A DNA stretch of 64,000 nucleotides from contig CAJUER010000001.1 of the NCBI GenBank assembly GCA_910585705.1, positions 55,342 to 119,341 of the forward strand. Direction: 5' to 3'. The notes beneath the pieces are model-generated. The model was not told the origin of the DNA. It was given only the letters and a program-made list of their open reading frames with translations, and did no database searches. This stretch comes from an uncultured Christensenella sp. GTDB taxonomy: Bacteria > Bacillota > Clostridia > Christensenellales > Borkfalkiaceae. The position numbers and the translations under genes were made by a program. Shown piece by piece: positions 19,424 to 28,532 of the stretch. Numbering within the stretch: position 1 is the stretch's first letter; each line of letters begins with the position of its first letter.

Positions 19424-20637
19424 AGGCGGTTGTGTTCACGCTCGGCTGTAAGGTCAACGAGGTGGAAAGCGCGTCGATAATGTCCGCGCTGGAAGCGGCG
19501 GGCTGGGAGGTCGGCAACTCGCTCGGCTATGCCGACGCGTATATTTTAAACACATGCGCCGTCACCCGCGAGGCGGAAAAGAAAAGCAGGCAGCTTGTTG
19601 CGCGCGTGCGTAAATTCAATCCCGAAGCCGCTGTTTTCGTGTGCGGTTGCGCTTCGCAAAAAGACGATGCAAGCTTCCGTAAAAAGGGAGTAACGTTCGT
19701 CACGGGCGCACGGAAAAAGGAAGAAGTCGTCTCCGCGTTCAGTCGTGTGTTCGGCTGTGCGGACTGCGGACTGCCCTATCCCAAACAGGTGAAAACCCGT
19801 GCGTTCGTCAAAATTCAGGACGGTTGCAACAATTTCTGTTCGTACTGCATAATTCCCTATCTTCGCGGCAGAGAGACTTCTCGTCCGCAAGACGATATAG
19901 TAAACGAAGTTTTAAACACGGACAGCGCGGAAATAGTTTTGACGGGCATAAATATTTCGTCGTACAATAAAGGCGATCTTGTTCCTCTTGTTTCGGCTCT
20001 GCGCGGCGTGGATAAGAGAATACGCTTCGGCTCGCTCGAATGTGGCGTTATCACTGAGGGGTTTTTGGATGCGCTTTCGGATTTGAAAGATTTTGCTCCG
20101 CAGTTTCATCTGTCTTTACAGAGCGGAAGCGACGCCGTGTTGAAGGCAATGAACCGCCGTTATACGCGCGCGGAATATCTTGAAAAGTGCGCGAAAATTT
20201 ACAGCCGTTTTCCCGACGCGGCGATAACGACAGACATAATTTCGGGCTTTCCGACCGAAACGGAGCAAGACTTTAATCAAAGTCTTTCCATTATAGAAGA
20301 AGCGGGCTTTGCGCGCGTTCACGCATTCTCGTTTTCCCCGCGCGAGGGCACTGCCGCGTTTAAAATGCGCGGCTTGGAAGACGGGATAAAGGAGCGGCGG
20401 CTTAAAGCGCTTTTGACCGCCTCTGAAAGCTGTTCGCAAAAATATATCGAACGTTTTTGCGGCAGTGAACAGATTATCATCGCGGAAGATTTTAACATGG
20501 GTTTTACGAGCGGATATACCGGCAATTATATAAGAGTGTACGTTCCCGAAAAGCTGGATTCGGGCATAAAATATAAGGTTAAATTGAAGCAAATTTTTAA
20601 GGACGGAGTATCAGGCGAAACAGATGGCAAAAACTAA
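19420..20637 (+). CDS. mtaB: tRNA t6A37 methylthiotransferase (MiaB-like, MtaB type)
   Basis: 405 aa. N-terminal UPF0004 Cys residues, radical-SAM CNNFCSYC, ATGA overlap with rsmE. Confidence 0.8.
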   Translation: MKAVVFTLGCKVNEVESASIMSALEAAGWEVGNSLGYADAYILNTCAVTREAEKKSRQLVARVRKFNPEAAVFVCGCASQKDDASFRKKGVTFVTGARKKEEVVSAFSRVFGCADCGLPYPKQVKTRAFVKIQDGCNNFCSYCIIPYLRGRETSRPQDDIVNEVLNTDSAEIVLTGINISSYNKGDLVPLVSALRGVDKRIRFGSLECGVITEGFLDALSDLKDFAPQFHLSLQSGSDAVLKAMNRRYTRAEYLEKCAKIYSRFPDAAITTDIISGFPTETEQDFNQSLSIIEEAGFARVHAFSFSPREGTAAFKMRGLEDGIKERRLKALLTASESCSQKYIERFCGSEQIIIAEDFNMGFTSGYTGNYIRVYVPEKLDSGIKYKVKLKQIFKDGVSGETDGKN

Positions 20638-22201
20638 ATCGTTAATCGCACGGGCAACAATTACATACTTATTCAAAGAAACTTTCCGCGCACGGTCCAA
20701 AGCGGAGTATAAGGAAATTTTCACACGCGGACTTAACGAAGATAACAGCGGCGTAAGCGGTGCATTCCCGTGGCTTTACGTCCGCGCGTTTTTTGTGCTT
20801 TTGGTGCTGTTTACGGTTAATATTCTCGTTCTGCGCCTCACCAACAATCAGCTTTATATTCCTTCAGTAATATTTCTCGGCGGAATTACCTTCACCGTTC
20901 CGTTCATTGTTCTTTTGTTCGAGCTGTACCCTAAGCGCGACGTGAGTCTGTTTCTCGTGCTTGCGCTGCTGGTCGCCGGCGGTACTGCGGCGGGCGTGCT
21001 TACTCAGGTAGGTTATAAGTTCATTCGTCCCGAAAACGAATGGCTTTCTGCCTTGCTTGCAGGCTGTCTCGAAGAGGTGTGTAAAGCCGTTCCCGCAATT
21101 ATCGCGATAGCCTTTTTTAAACAAAAAAATTCCTACGCGTGCTATCTGTTTGCGGCGACAGTCGGCGCCGGCTTTTCCGTAATAGAGGATATGGGCTATA
21201 TTTTCGTCTATTCGGATAACTACTTTGTCGATATTCAGACGACCGTTACGATTTTTATGGACAGGGGACTTTCGTCTTTCTGCACGCATATTCTCTGGAC
21301 GGGTGCGATAGGCTGGGCTTACTCATATATCAAAAAACCGTTCAAGTCCGTGCGTTTCTTTTTAATGGTGCTTTTAAGCGTTGCAATGCACGTTTGCTGG
21401 GATTTTCCCCTCGAAGGCTGGTGGCAGGTTCTCGATATAGGTCTGTGCGTCGTCGTTGCGGCTGCCGTCAATCTTGCGATAGTCCATCTTTCGCGCAGAA
21501 ATACGCTTTCCTCCGAAATGGATTTAACCGCCGTGAATGAGGAAATTATCCGCGAAGCCAAAGCAATGGGCGAGAGAATGCGCTTTACAAACGCCGCAAA
21601 CCTTACTTACGTCATTATGTGGTCGGCGTTGTGCGTGATGATTTTGCTTTTCTGCGCAATGCCCATAGGTATGGATTACCGCCGCGTAGAGTACGATTCG
21701 AAAGAGGAATTTATCGCCTTTTTGGAAGACGGACGCAGCTTTTACAAAGGCCGCGACAGGGAATATAACAGAAATCAGCCGAATGTGGAAGAGCGGTGGA
21801 TAGAAGGCGAACTGACCTATGTGGTTCAACGCGCAGAGATAGACGGTTACGACTATTATTTCGGTTATTATATTACCCGCGAATCGGGATATGAAATATT
21901 CGACCTTTACGGCATATCCGTTGAGGTGGAAGTAAACAACGTGACCATGCAGTGTCCGAGTACTTCGTACAAGTTCGGAAATTCCGGCGACGAGTGGGTT
22001 TTCGATATAAATTCGGACGAAGTGCGCAACTATAAATATAAATCCGACGGAAGCGTAACGGCAGTGCTCACCGCCGAAGAATTCGAGGGGTACGACGTAC
22101 TCATAATAATGTGCGGAGTCGGCTGTGCGGTAACGCTTGCAAGCTTCGTTGTAATTTTGGGACTGAGATTAAAGATAAGGAGTATGAAAGATGCTGAATA
22201 A
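20624..22201 (+). CDS. PrsW-family intramembrane protease with a long C-terminal extension
   Basis: 525 aa. LEEVCKAVP (EExxK) and THILWTG His motifs inside a multi-TM core. An extra soluble segment of about 150 aa and a final TM helix. Confidence 0.6.
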   Translation: MAKTKSLIARATITYLFKETFRARSKAEYKEIFTRGLNEDNSGVSGAFPWLYVRAFFVLLVLFTVNILVLRLTNNQLYIPSVIFLGGITFTVPFIVLLFELYPKRDVSLFLVLALLVAGGTAAGVLTQVGYKFIRPENEWLSALLAGCLEEVCKAVPAIIAIAFFKQKNSYACYLFAATVGAGFSVIEDMGYIFVYSDNYFVDIQTTVTIFMDRGLSSFCTHILWTGAIGWAYSYIKKPFKSVRFFLMVLLSVAMHVCWDFPLEGWWQVLDIGLCVVVAAAVNLAIVHLSRRNTLSSEMDLTAVNEEIIREAKAMGERMRFTNAANLTYVIMWSALCVMILLFCAMPIGMDYRRVEYDSKEEFIAFLEDGRSFYKGRDREYNRNQPNVEERWIEGELTYVVQRAEIDGYDYYFGYYITRESGYEIFDLYGISVEVEVNNVTMQCPSTSYKFGNSGDEWVFDINSDEVRNYKYKSDGSVTAVLTAEEFEGYDVLIIMCGVGCAVTLASFVVILGLRLKIRSMKDAE

Positions 22202-22529
22202 CGACTGTATTTTCTGCAAAATAATAAAGGGCGAAATATCTTGCGCAAAGGTTTACGAGGACGGGAAAATGCTCGTTTTTAAGGACATAGAACCCAAAGC
22301 GAAGGTGCATTTGCTCGCGGTTGCAAAGGACCACTTCAAGCTCATTTCCGAAGCGGACGAAGCCCGTGCCGAGCTTATAAAATATATGCTTATGAAAATT
22401 CCGCAAATTGCGGAGAACAACGGCTGCGACAACGGCTACCGACTGGTGATAAATCAGGGAGAGGACGCCGGGCAGACGGTTTTCCATTTGCATATACACA
22501 TACTCGGCGGCGAGCCGCTCGAACAATAA
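22191..22529 (+). CDS. HIT-family (histidine triad) nucleotide hydrolase
   Basis: 112 aa. HLHIHIL triad. AAGGAG RBS 8 nt upstream. Confidence 0.9.
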   Translation: MLNNDCIFCKIIKGEISCAKVYEDGKMLVFKDIEPKAKVHLLAVAKDHFKLISEADEARAELIKYMLMKIPQIAENNGCDNGYRLVINQGEDAGQTVFHLHIHILGGEPLEQ

Positions 22530-22561
22530 ACGGTATTATAAAATTTGATAAAATTGTAAAT

Positions 22562-22600
22562 AAAAAACGTACGCGTAATTAAAGTGCGTACGTTTTTTTA
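22562..22600. terminator. bidirectional terminator between the HIT gene and the WYL regulator gene
   Basis: AAAAAACGTACGC-loop-GCGTACGTTTTTTT. Confidence 0.75.
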
Positions 22601-22601
22601 T

Positions 22602-23522
22602 TTAGTTCTGTTCGTAAATCCGCTTTGCGGCGCAAATTACTTTTTCTTTAACCGATTGCGGTTCAAGCACCTTAACGGCTCCGCCGTAGCTTAAAATTTT
22701 ATTTACCAGTCCTCCGTTGTCGGGCAACGTCATACGCGCGATAAACGAATTGCCTCGCGGCTCGATATTGTCTATACCAAGCCATTCCTCTGCGTCGGCA
22801 ATAGAGCTTTTTTCTATTTCCAGCACCACGTCGCACAGTTCGGCGGAGGTGTAGGTAAAGTCTAAATCCAGCTCGTCGCGCATAATTTCTTTTTTAACGA
22901 AATTTCCGCCCGTCAGCGTCGCGCTTTTAATTCTTCCGATTTTGAATGTTCTGAATGTCTGTTTGGTATGGCAGAACGCATAAACATACCAAACGTTTTG
23001 TTTGAAAATCAGAACGTGCGGGTCTATTACTCTTTTGCTGTGTTCGCCGTCGCGTGAAACGTAGTCGATAAAAAGGCTTTGCCGCTCGTTCACCGCCTTT
23101 TCGCAAACGCGCATCTTTTCGGAAAAGCTTTTGCTGTCGCCCCAAGTTCCGCCGTCTATAATAATGTTTCCGCACACCGAAAGTTCGCGCTTTTCCGTCT
23201 TTTGCTGGCTTTGCAGTTTTTCCAGCGCTGCGAGTATGTTTTCGTCGGTCACTTGCGAGCGCATGGCTTGAAGCGCGTTCACGGTTGCGGCGTACTCCTC
23301 GCGCGTAAAGTAGCCTGTGGGCAGGCGGAATGTGTCGGCAATGGTAATTCCGCCGTACCGCCCGCGCGTAACGTCTACCGGAATACCGCAAACGTTCAGC
23401 TCGTCAATGTACCTGTATACGCTTCGTTTGGATATTTCGTAGCGTTCGGCAATGAATTTAGCGGTCAGCTTGCGCCTTGCAAGCAGAAGCATCATAATAT
23501 TTATCATTATCTGGTATTTCAT
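22602..23522 (-). CDS. HTH + WYL-domain transcriptional regulator (YafY/PafBC-like architecture)
   Basis: 306 aa. N-terminal winged HTH (AERYEISKRSVYRYIDEL) and central WYL-like block (FKQNVWYVYAF). Confidence 0.75.
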   Translation of the reverse strand: MKYQIMINIMMLLLARRKLTAKFIAERYEISKRSVYRYIDELNVCGIPVDVTRGRYGGITIADTFRLPTGYFTREEYAATVNALQAMRSQVTDENILAALEKLQSQQKTEKRELSVCGNIIIDGGTWGDSKSFSEKMRVCEKAVNERQSLFIDYVSRDGEHSKRVIDPHVLIFKQNVWYVYAFCHTKQTFRTFKIGRIKSATLTGGNFVKKEIMRDELDLDFTYTSAELCDVVLEIEKSSIADAEEWLGIDNIEPRGNSFIARMTLPDNGGLVNKILSYGGAVKVLEPQSVKEKVICAAKRIYEQN

Positions 23523-23601
23523 TTTTAATCACTCCGTCATATTTTGTTAATGCAACGAATAGTATAAACCGTTAAAAGAATTTAAAAAATTTTATCATAT
23601 A

Positions 23602-23616
23602 TGACAGTTATTGTCA
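23602..23616. promoter_or_regulatory. palindrome TGACAgttatTGTCA in the divergent promoter region (candidate operator)
   Basis: Perfect 5-bp arms around a 5-nt centre, between the WYL gene start and the small ORF at 23663. Confidence 0.3.
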
Positions 23617-23662
23617 AGTATTAGATGTAGAATGAAATTGTAATAAATAGGAGAAAAGAAAA

Positions 23663-23845
23663 ATGACTTATACGGCGTATATAGAAAGACAGAAAAACAT
23701 AATTAAAAACCGCCATGAAAGCGATTTTATGATTGTTCGCAGTACGGCGTATGCGGAGGAGGACAGCGAACAGCTTTTCCGCGAGCTTTTGTCTCTCGGC
23801 GGCTTGAATACTTCCGAAAGACTTAACGCGGGGAGAGAGGTATGA
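23663..23845 (+). CDS. hypothetical 60-aa protein
   Basis: ATG preceded by TAGGAGAAAAG RBS. Divergent from the WYL regulator. No recognisable domain. Confidence 0.4.
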   Translation: MTYTAYIERQKNIIKNRHESDFMIVRSTAYAEEDSEQLFRELLSLGGLNTSERLNAGREV

Positions 23846-23919
23846 TTAACTTCGTAAAAAAAGCGGCGCACCTTGCCATTGTGGTGTCCGCCGCATTTAT
23901 GCTCACGGTCATAATCTGA
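23842..23919 (+). CDS. hypothetical 25-aa hydrophobic micro-protein (MINFVKKAAHLAIVVSAAFMLTVII)
   Basis: ATGA overlap with the preceding stop, GAGAGG 5 nt upstream, one predicted TM helix, followed by a terminator at 23941. Below the ORF-track length cut-off. Confidence 0.3.
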   Translation: MINFVKKAAHLAIVVSAAFMLTVII

Positions 23920-23940
23920 CCGTTTTTAAAACATAATAAA

Positions 23941-23974
23941 AGCTCCCCGAAACTTCGGGGAGCTTTGCTTTTTT
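23941..23974. terminator. bidirectional intrinsic terminator
   Basis: AGCTCCCCG-aaactt-CGGGGAGCT followed by TTGCTTTTTT on the plus strand and TTTATTATGTTTT on the minus strand. Confidence 0.8.
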
Positions 23975-25694
23975 ATGCTTTGATAATTTTCTTTACCGCC
24001 GTCTGCATTTTTTCGAGCGCGGCTTCCGCGTCCTGCTTGTTGTTTGCCTTGACGGAGAAATAAATTTTCAGCTTGGGTTCCGTACCCGAAGGGCGCACGC
24101 AGATGAAACTGCCGTTTTCCAGCTCGTAATAGACGCAGTTGGTGAGGGGGGAGCCTATTTCGGAGGTTTCGCCCGTAGCTACGTCGGTTTTAGTGTTGCT
24201 CGAATAATCGCGCACGGCAGTCACGCTGTAAATATCGAATGATTTTACGGGTGACTTTTTCAAGCCGTCCACTACGGCGTTCATATCTTTCATTGCGTTC
24301 AGACCGCTAAAAGGTATGGAAATGTTGCAGTCGAGAACGTAACCGTAAGTGTCGTAAATTTCCTGCAATCTGTCGAAGACGGTCTTGTTCTTGCTTGTGT
24401 AATAGCAAACCATTTCCGCCGTAAGCATGGAAGCGACAACCGCGTCCTTGTCGCGTGCGTGCGTGCCGCGCAGGTATCCGCAGCTTTCCTCGAAGCCGAA
24501 CACATAAGTATGAGAGCGGTCGCGTTCCCACAGCTTTATTTTCTCGCCTATGAATTTGAAGCCTACGGGCACTTCGAAAAGTTCCGCGCCGAACTTCTGG
24601 CAGATAGACTTAGCCATACCGGTAGTTACGAATGATTTTACAACTGCCGCGTTTGCGGGCAGAGCGTCTTCCTCGCTAAGCCTTGTGAGAATGTAATCGA
24701 GAAGAAGAATACCTACCTGATTTCCCGAAAGCGCTTCGAACTCGCCTTCCTTGTTTTTAACGGCTACGCCGAGCCTGTCGCTGTCGGGATCGGTGCCGAA
24801 AACTACCGTCGCGCCTATTTTCTGCGCCAGCGCGATACCCATTGAAAGCGTTTCCTTGTATTCGGGATTGGGCACTTCAACGGTGGAAAAATCAGTGTCG
24901 CGGCAGGTCTGTTCCTTGACGACCGTCGCGTTTATTCCTATCTTTTTGAGAATGGTGGTAACGGGGATATAACCCGAGCCGTGAACGGGAGTGTAAACGA
25001 GCTTTAAATCCTTGCCGCACTGTTTTACGGCTTTTTTGGAAAGTGTAAGCTTTTTCAGCTCCTTATAATATTTTTTGTCGACCTTCGAAGGCACGGACTT
25101 AATGAGCTTTTTAGCCTGCTCTTCCGTAAGTCCTGGCGTCGAAAAATAATCCGTGATTTTTTGGATATAGGATACGACGACGGCGGTGTCTTCGGGGGAC
25201 ATCTGCGCGCCGTCTTCGCCGTAAACCTTGTAACCGTTGTATTGCTTGGGGTTGTGCGAAGCGGTCACCATAATGCCGGCAACGGTGTTTAAACATCTGA
25301 CCGCAAACGAAAGCATGGGCACGGGGTGCACCTCGTCGAAGAGGTACGCCTTAATTCCGTTAGCTGCCAAAACTTCCGCCGCCGCCCGTGCGAAAACGTC
25401 GCTTTTAAGCCTTGTATCGTAGGAAATGACAACGCCGCGCTGCATATCTGCTTCGCCGCGATTTTTAATAAATTCCGCAAGTCCCTGCGTCGCGCGCTTA
25501 ACAGTGTGCACGTTCATCATATTCGTGCCGTATCCGATAATCCCGCGCATTCCCGCCGTACCGAATTCAAGCTCCGCGCCGAAACGGTATTCTATTTCTT
25601 CCTTATTGTCTTTTATGTTATCGAGCTCGCGCTTGCCTTCGCCGCTTAAACGCTCGTCTTTCAACCAGTTTTCGTAAATTGCTTTATAGTCCAT
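23973..25694 (-). CDS. alpha-phosphoglucomutase-type phospho-sugar mutase
   Basis: 573 aa. TASHNPKQYNGYKVY active-site loop, FGTDPDSDR metal loop, GFEESCGY sugar loop. Confidence 0.9.
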   Translation of the reverse strand: MDYKAIYENWLKDERLSGEGKRELDNIKDNKEEIEYRFGAELEFGTAGMRGIIGYGTNMMNVHTVKRATQGLAEFIKNRGEADMQRGVVISYDTRLKSDVFARAAAEVLAANGIKAYLFDEVHPVPMLSFAVRCLNTVAGIMVTASHNPKQYNGYKVYGEDGAQMSPEDTAVVVSYIQKITDYFSTPGLTEEQAKKLIKSVPSKVDKKYYKELKKLTLSKKAVKQCGKDLKLVYTPVHGSGYIPVTTILKKIGINATVVKEQTCRDTDFSTVEVPNPEYKETLSMGIALAQKIGATVVFGTDPDSDRLGVAVKNKEGEFEALSGNQVGILLLDYILTRLSEEDALPANAAVVKSFVTTGMAKSICQKFGAELFEVPVGFKFIGEKIKLWERDRSHTYVFGFEESCGYLRGTHARDKDAVVASMLTAEMVCYYTSKNKTVFDRLQEIYDTYGYVLDCNISIPFSGLNAMKDMNAVVDGLKKSPVKSFDIYSVTAVRDYSSNTKTDVATGETSEIGSPLTNCVYYELENGSFICVRPSGTEPKLKIYFSVKANNKQDAEAALEKMQTAVKKIIKA

Positions 25695-25753
25695 TTTTTC
25701 CTCCCAGAAATGCGGTGTTTGTTTAAGTGTAGTATTTACCTTTATATATTATA

Positions 25754-25785
25754 TAAAAAAAACTCCGCGTTGTAAAGAGCGGAGT
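25754..25785 (-). terminator. intrinsic terminator of the 319-aa membrane-protein gene
   Basis: On the minus strand, ACTCCGC-loop-GCGGAGT followed by T8. Confidence 0.7.
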
Positions 25786-25850
25786 GAAAAATTTTTTCCG
25801 AAACAGTGAAGATTTTATAATTTTTTATATTATTTCGTAAATAAAAGCGA

Positions 25851-26810
25851 TTATTCGCCCTTGAAGAACTCTTCGCGCGTTAAAGTGCGTTCCTTTCTGG
25901 GTTTTATAATGGTATCCCTGTCAAGGAAATATTTAAGTTCTTCCCTGTCGTAATAGTTTACAAGCTGGAAGCAGACGAGTATCGCGTAGCTCGAAGGCAC
26001 TGTTATAAGCGCCGCCGCGCCGCAAGTGAAAATAATCGCTCCTACGTTTATCGCAAAAATTATCAGCACGATAACAACGTAGTTCGAAAGAACGTTGAAC
26101 GTGTTTTTGCCTCTTCTGTCAAAGGTGTAAAGAAACGCCTTTTTTTGTCCGCATTTGCCGCGAATGAGCGCGGGAAGCCAGTCGGACGTAAACACCATTT
26201 TGAAGGAAATTGCAAGCACCGCAAGCGTAACGAAGAGGAACAGCCTTAACGGGAAATATAAAAACGACATTGCCTTGAAAATGAGGAAGTACAGCCCCGT
26301 ATAACATAAAGCGTCATAAGCGTAAGTGAGGGGGACGTACATAAGATTGTAAAGGCAGGATTCCTTTAAATTTTTTATGAGAGTAATGAGGTAAGGCGAC
26401 TGTGCGTGAAAAGCCATTTTATCGTTGATAACGGCGGACATAGCATAGTTGCCGAGTCCTGAAAAGAACTTCTGAACAAGGTACACTAAAACGACGCCCA
26501 GAATTCCCCATACGAGATTACCCTTATTGTGTGCGATATATTCTAAAAGCGCGGTGAACGATTCCTTAATCTGTTCGGTTGCCTCGCCAAGTTCGGCAGG
26601 ATGTCCTTCCACAAGGTTCTTCAAAAACGCCTTTACACCGCTTAAAAGTCCCTGATACTGCGCCGAACCCGTCAGTCCGTTTACGAAAGGATAGGCTATT
26701 GCGGCGATAAGTCCGCCTGCGATTAAAAGCACCGCAAGACGGTATAATAGATGCTTATATGTGACCGAAAAATTATCCACGAATACATGGAAGGAGTGTT
26801 TGAATTTCAT
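25851..26810 (-). CDS. polytopic membrane protein, unknown function
   Basis: 319 aa, about 6-7 hydrophobic segments. GAGGGGAAATAT RBS region upstream of the ATG. Confidence 0.5.
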   Translation of the reverse strand: MKFKHSFHVFVDNFSVTYKHLLYRLAVLLIAGGLIAAIAYPFVNGLTGSAQYQGLLSGVKAFLKNLVEGHPAELGEATEQIKESFTALLEYIAHNKGNLVWGILGVVLVYLVQKFFSGLGNYAMSAVINDKMAFHAQSPYLITLIKNLKESCLYNLMYVPLTYAYDALCYTGLYFLIFKAMSFLYFPLRLFLFVTLAVLAISFKMVFTSDWLPALIRGKCGQKKAFLYTFDRRGKNTFNVLSNYVVIVLIIFAINVGAIIFTCGAAALITVPSSYAILVCFQLVNYYDREELKYFLDRDTIIKPRKERTLTREEFFKGE

Positions 26811-26825
26811 ATATTTCCCCTCGCG

Positions 26826-27296
26826 TCAGACTATCGGCACTATTTTGTGCACAGCCTTTTCGCCGTTTATGATAAGATAAATGTAACTTTTTTCGGAATA
26901 ACGGTTTCCCGTACCGGGATTTAAAAGAGTAATACCGTCGATAACGTCCTCGCGCGCGTCGTGGGTGTGTCCGTAAAGAGCGATTTTGCAGCCGAGCTCT
27001 TTCGCGCGTGCGGCAAGCTTTACAAGCGTTTGCTTTACGCCGTAACGGTGCCCGTGACAGGCAAAAATTTTTACGCCCTCCACGTCGAGTACTTTTTCGC
27101 CTTCGCCCAGCTTTACGGGGTCGCAGTTGCCGTTAATGACCACAGTCTTTCCGGGATATTTTTTGCTTATGAAATACCCGTCGGAGGAGGTGTCGCCCAA
27201 GTGCACGATAAAGTCGCTTTCCGAAAAAATCACGTCAAGCTTTTCGAACAGGCTTCTGTTGCCGTGCGTGTCGGATAAGACGGTAAGCGTTTTCAA
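26826..27296 (-). CDS. YfcE/MJ0936-family metallophosphoesterase
   Basis: 156 aa. SDTHGN, GDT, GNCD and GHTH motifs. TTG start overlapping the rdgB stop (TTGA). Confidence 0.8.
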   Translation of the reverse strand: MKTLTVLSDTHGNRSLFEKLDVIFSESDFIVHLGDTSSDGYFISKKYPGKTVVINGNCDPVKLGEGEKVLDVEGVKIFACHGHRYGVKQTLVKLAARAKELGCKIALYGHTHDAREDVIDGITLLNPGTGNRYSEKSYIYLIINGEKAVHKIVPIV

Positions 27297-27862
27297 ATTT
27301 TACCCCTCAAATCGGATAAGGCGCGGTAGCGGTGGGATACGGAATTTTTTTCTTCCGCACTTGCCAGCCCGAAACTCTTTTTCAAATCGTCCGAGTAGAA
27401 CAGGCAGTCGTATCCGAATCCGTTTTCTCCTATTTCTTCCTGTAAAATTCTGCCGTAAGTTCTGCCCTCGCCGAAGAATTTTTTGCCGTTCGGGAAGTAG
27501 AGGCACACAGCGCTTTCGAAGTAAGCCTTTCTGTCGGTTATGTTGGAAAGTCTTTTTAACAGCAGGTCGCGGTTGGCTTTGTCGCCTTCGCCCGAAAAAC
27601 GAGCCGAATATATGCCGGGCGCCCCGTGAAGCGCTTCTACGCACAGTCCCGAATCGTCCGCAAGCGCAGGCATATTGAATTTTGCGGCGATGGTTTTCGC
27701 TTTGATTTTCGCGTTTTCCTTAAACGTTTTACCCGTTTCATTGATGTCGTCGGAAAAGCCGAGCTCCTGCATGGAAACGATTTCCACACCGGTGAAAATT
27801 TCGCGTATTTCGCGTATCTTGCCTTTGTTGCCGCTTGCAACGATAATTTTATCCAATTTCAT
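27293..27862 (-). CDS. rdgB: non-canonical purine NTP pyrophosphatase (RdgB/HAM1)
   Basis: 189 aa. ASGNKGKIREI start block and FGYDCLFY...SHR C-terminal block. Confidence 0.9.
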   Translation of the reverse strand: MKLDKIIVASGNKGKIREIREIFTGVEIVSMQELGFSDDINETGKTFKENAKIKAKTIAAKFNMPALADDSGLCVEALHGAPGIYSARFSGEGDKANRDLLLKRLSNITDRKAYFESAVCLYFPNGKKFFGEGRTYGRILQEEIGENGFGYDCLFYSDDLKKSFGLASAEEKNSVSHRYRALSDLRGKI

Positions 27863-27902
27863 AATAAGTATTATACATTAACGCTTTAAAAATGTAAAGC
27901 GG

Positions 27903-28397
27903 TTAATCCCATTTGAGGCGGTGCAATGCGCCCTCCGTTTTGAAACCCGAAAAATCAAGCTGCCTCAGCCCTTCGTAAACGGCTATCGCCACAGAGTTGG
28001 ACAGGTTCAGGCTTCTCGTTTCGCCAATCATCGGTATGCGCAGACAGCTTTGCTTGTTCGCCTTTAACAGTTCTTCTGGGAGTCCTTTCGTTTCCTTGCC
28101 GAACACGAGGAAGTCGCCCTCCTTAAATTTCTCGTCGCAGTGTCTTTTAAGCGCTTTGGTTGTGAAGTAGAAAAACCGCGCGTCGGGGGTTGCGTTAAAA
28201 ACTTCGCCTAAGCTGTCGTAATATATAATTTCCACTTCGTCCCAGTAATCCAGCCCCGCGCGCTTTAAATGTTTGTCGCTGACTTCGAAGCCGAGCGGAC
28301 GGACGAGGTGGAGCCTGCAACCCGTCGCGCGGCAGGTTCTTACGATATTTCCCGTATTCTGCGGAATTTCGGGTTCAACAAGTACGATATTAAACAT
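27903..28397 (-). CDS. trmL: tRNA (cytidine/uridine34-2'-O)-methyltransferase, SpoU/TrmL type
   Basis: Family-typical start MFNIVLVEPEIPQNTGN at the ATG at 28397. The ORF-track start at 28436 is a TTG lying inside a TTGCAA-17-TACAAT promoter-like sequence. C-terminal SLNLSNSVAIAVYE knot motif. Confidence 0.8.
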   Translation of the reverse strand: MFNIVLVEPEIPQNTGNIVRTCRATGCRLHLVRPLGFEVSDKHLKRAGLDYWDEVEIIYYDSLGEVFNATPDARFFYFTTKALKRHCDEKFKEGDFLVFGKETKGLPEELLKANKQSCLRIPMIGETRSLNLSNSVAIAVYEGLRQLDFSGFKTEGALHRLKWD

Positions 28398-28532
28398 AAG
28401 CGTATATATTGTAAAATAAAAGCGCAAATTTTGCAAACAAATAGCTTAAATCAAATTTTATTATTTTATTTGACAGACACGTTCGTTTACTGATACAATA
28501 TATAAGCAAAGGTTTGTGCCTTTGCTAAAACT

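Noticed and set aside
27127-27678. 183-aa plus-strand ORF across yfcE/rdgB
   Set aside because: It is antisense to two well-supported genes, has an Arg/Ser-rich shadow-frame composition and has no RBS.
28398-28436. Longer TTG-initiated form of trmL
   Set aside because: The extra 13 codons coincide with a TTGCAA-17-TACAAT promoter-like sequence. The family-typical N-terminus begins at the internal ATG.
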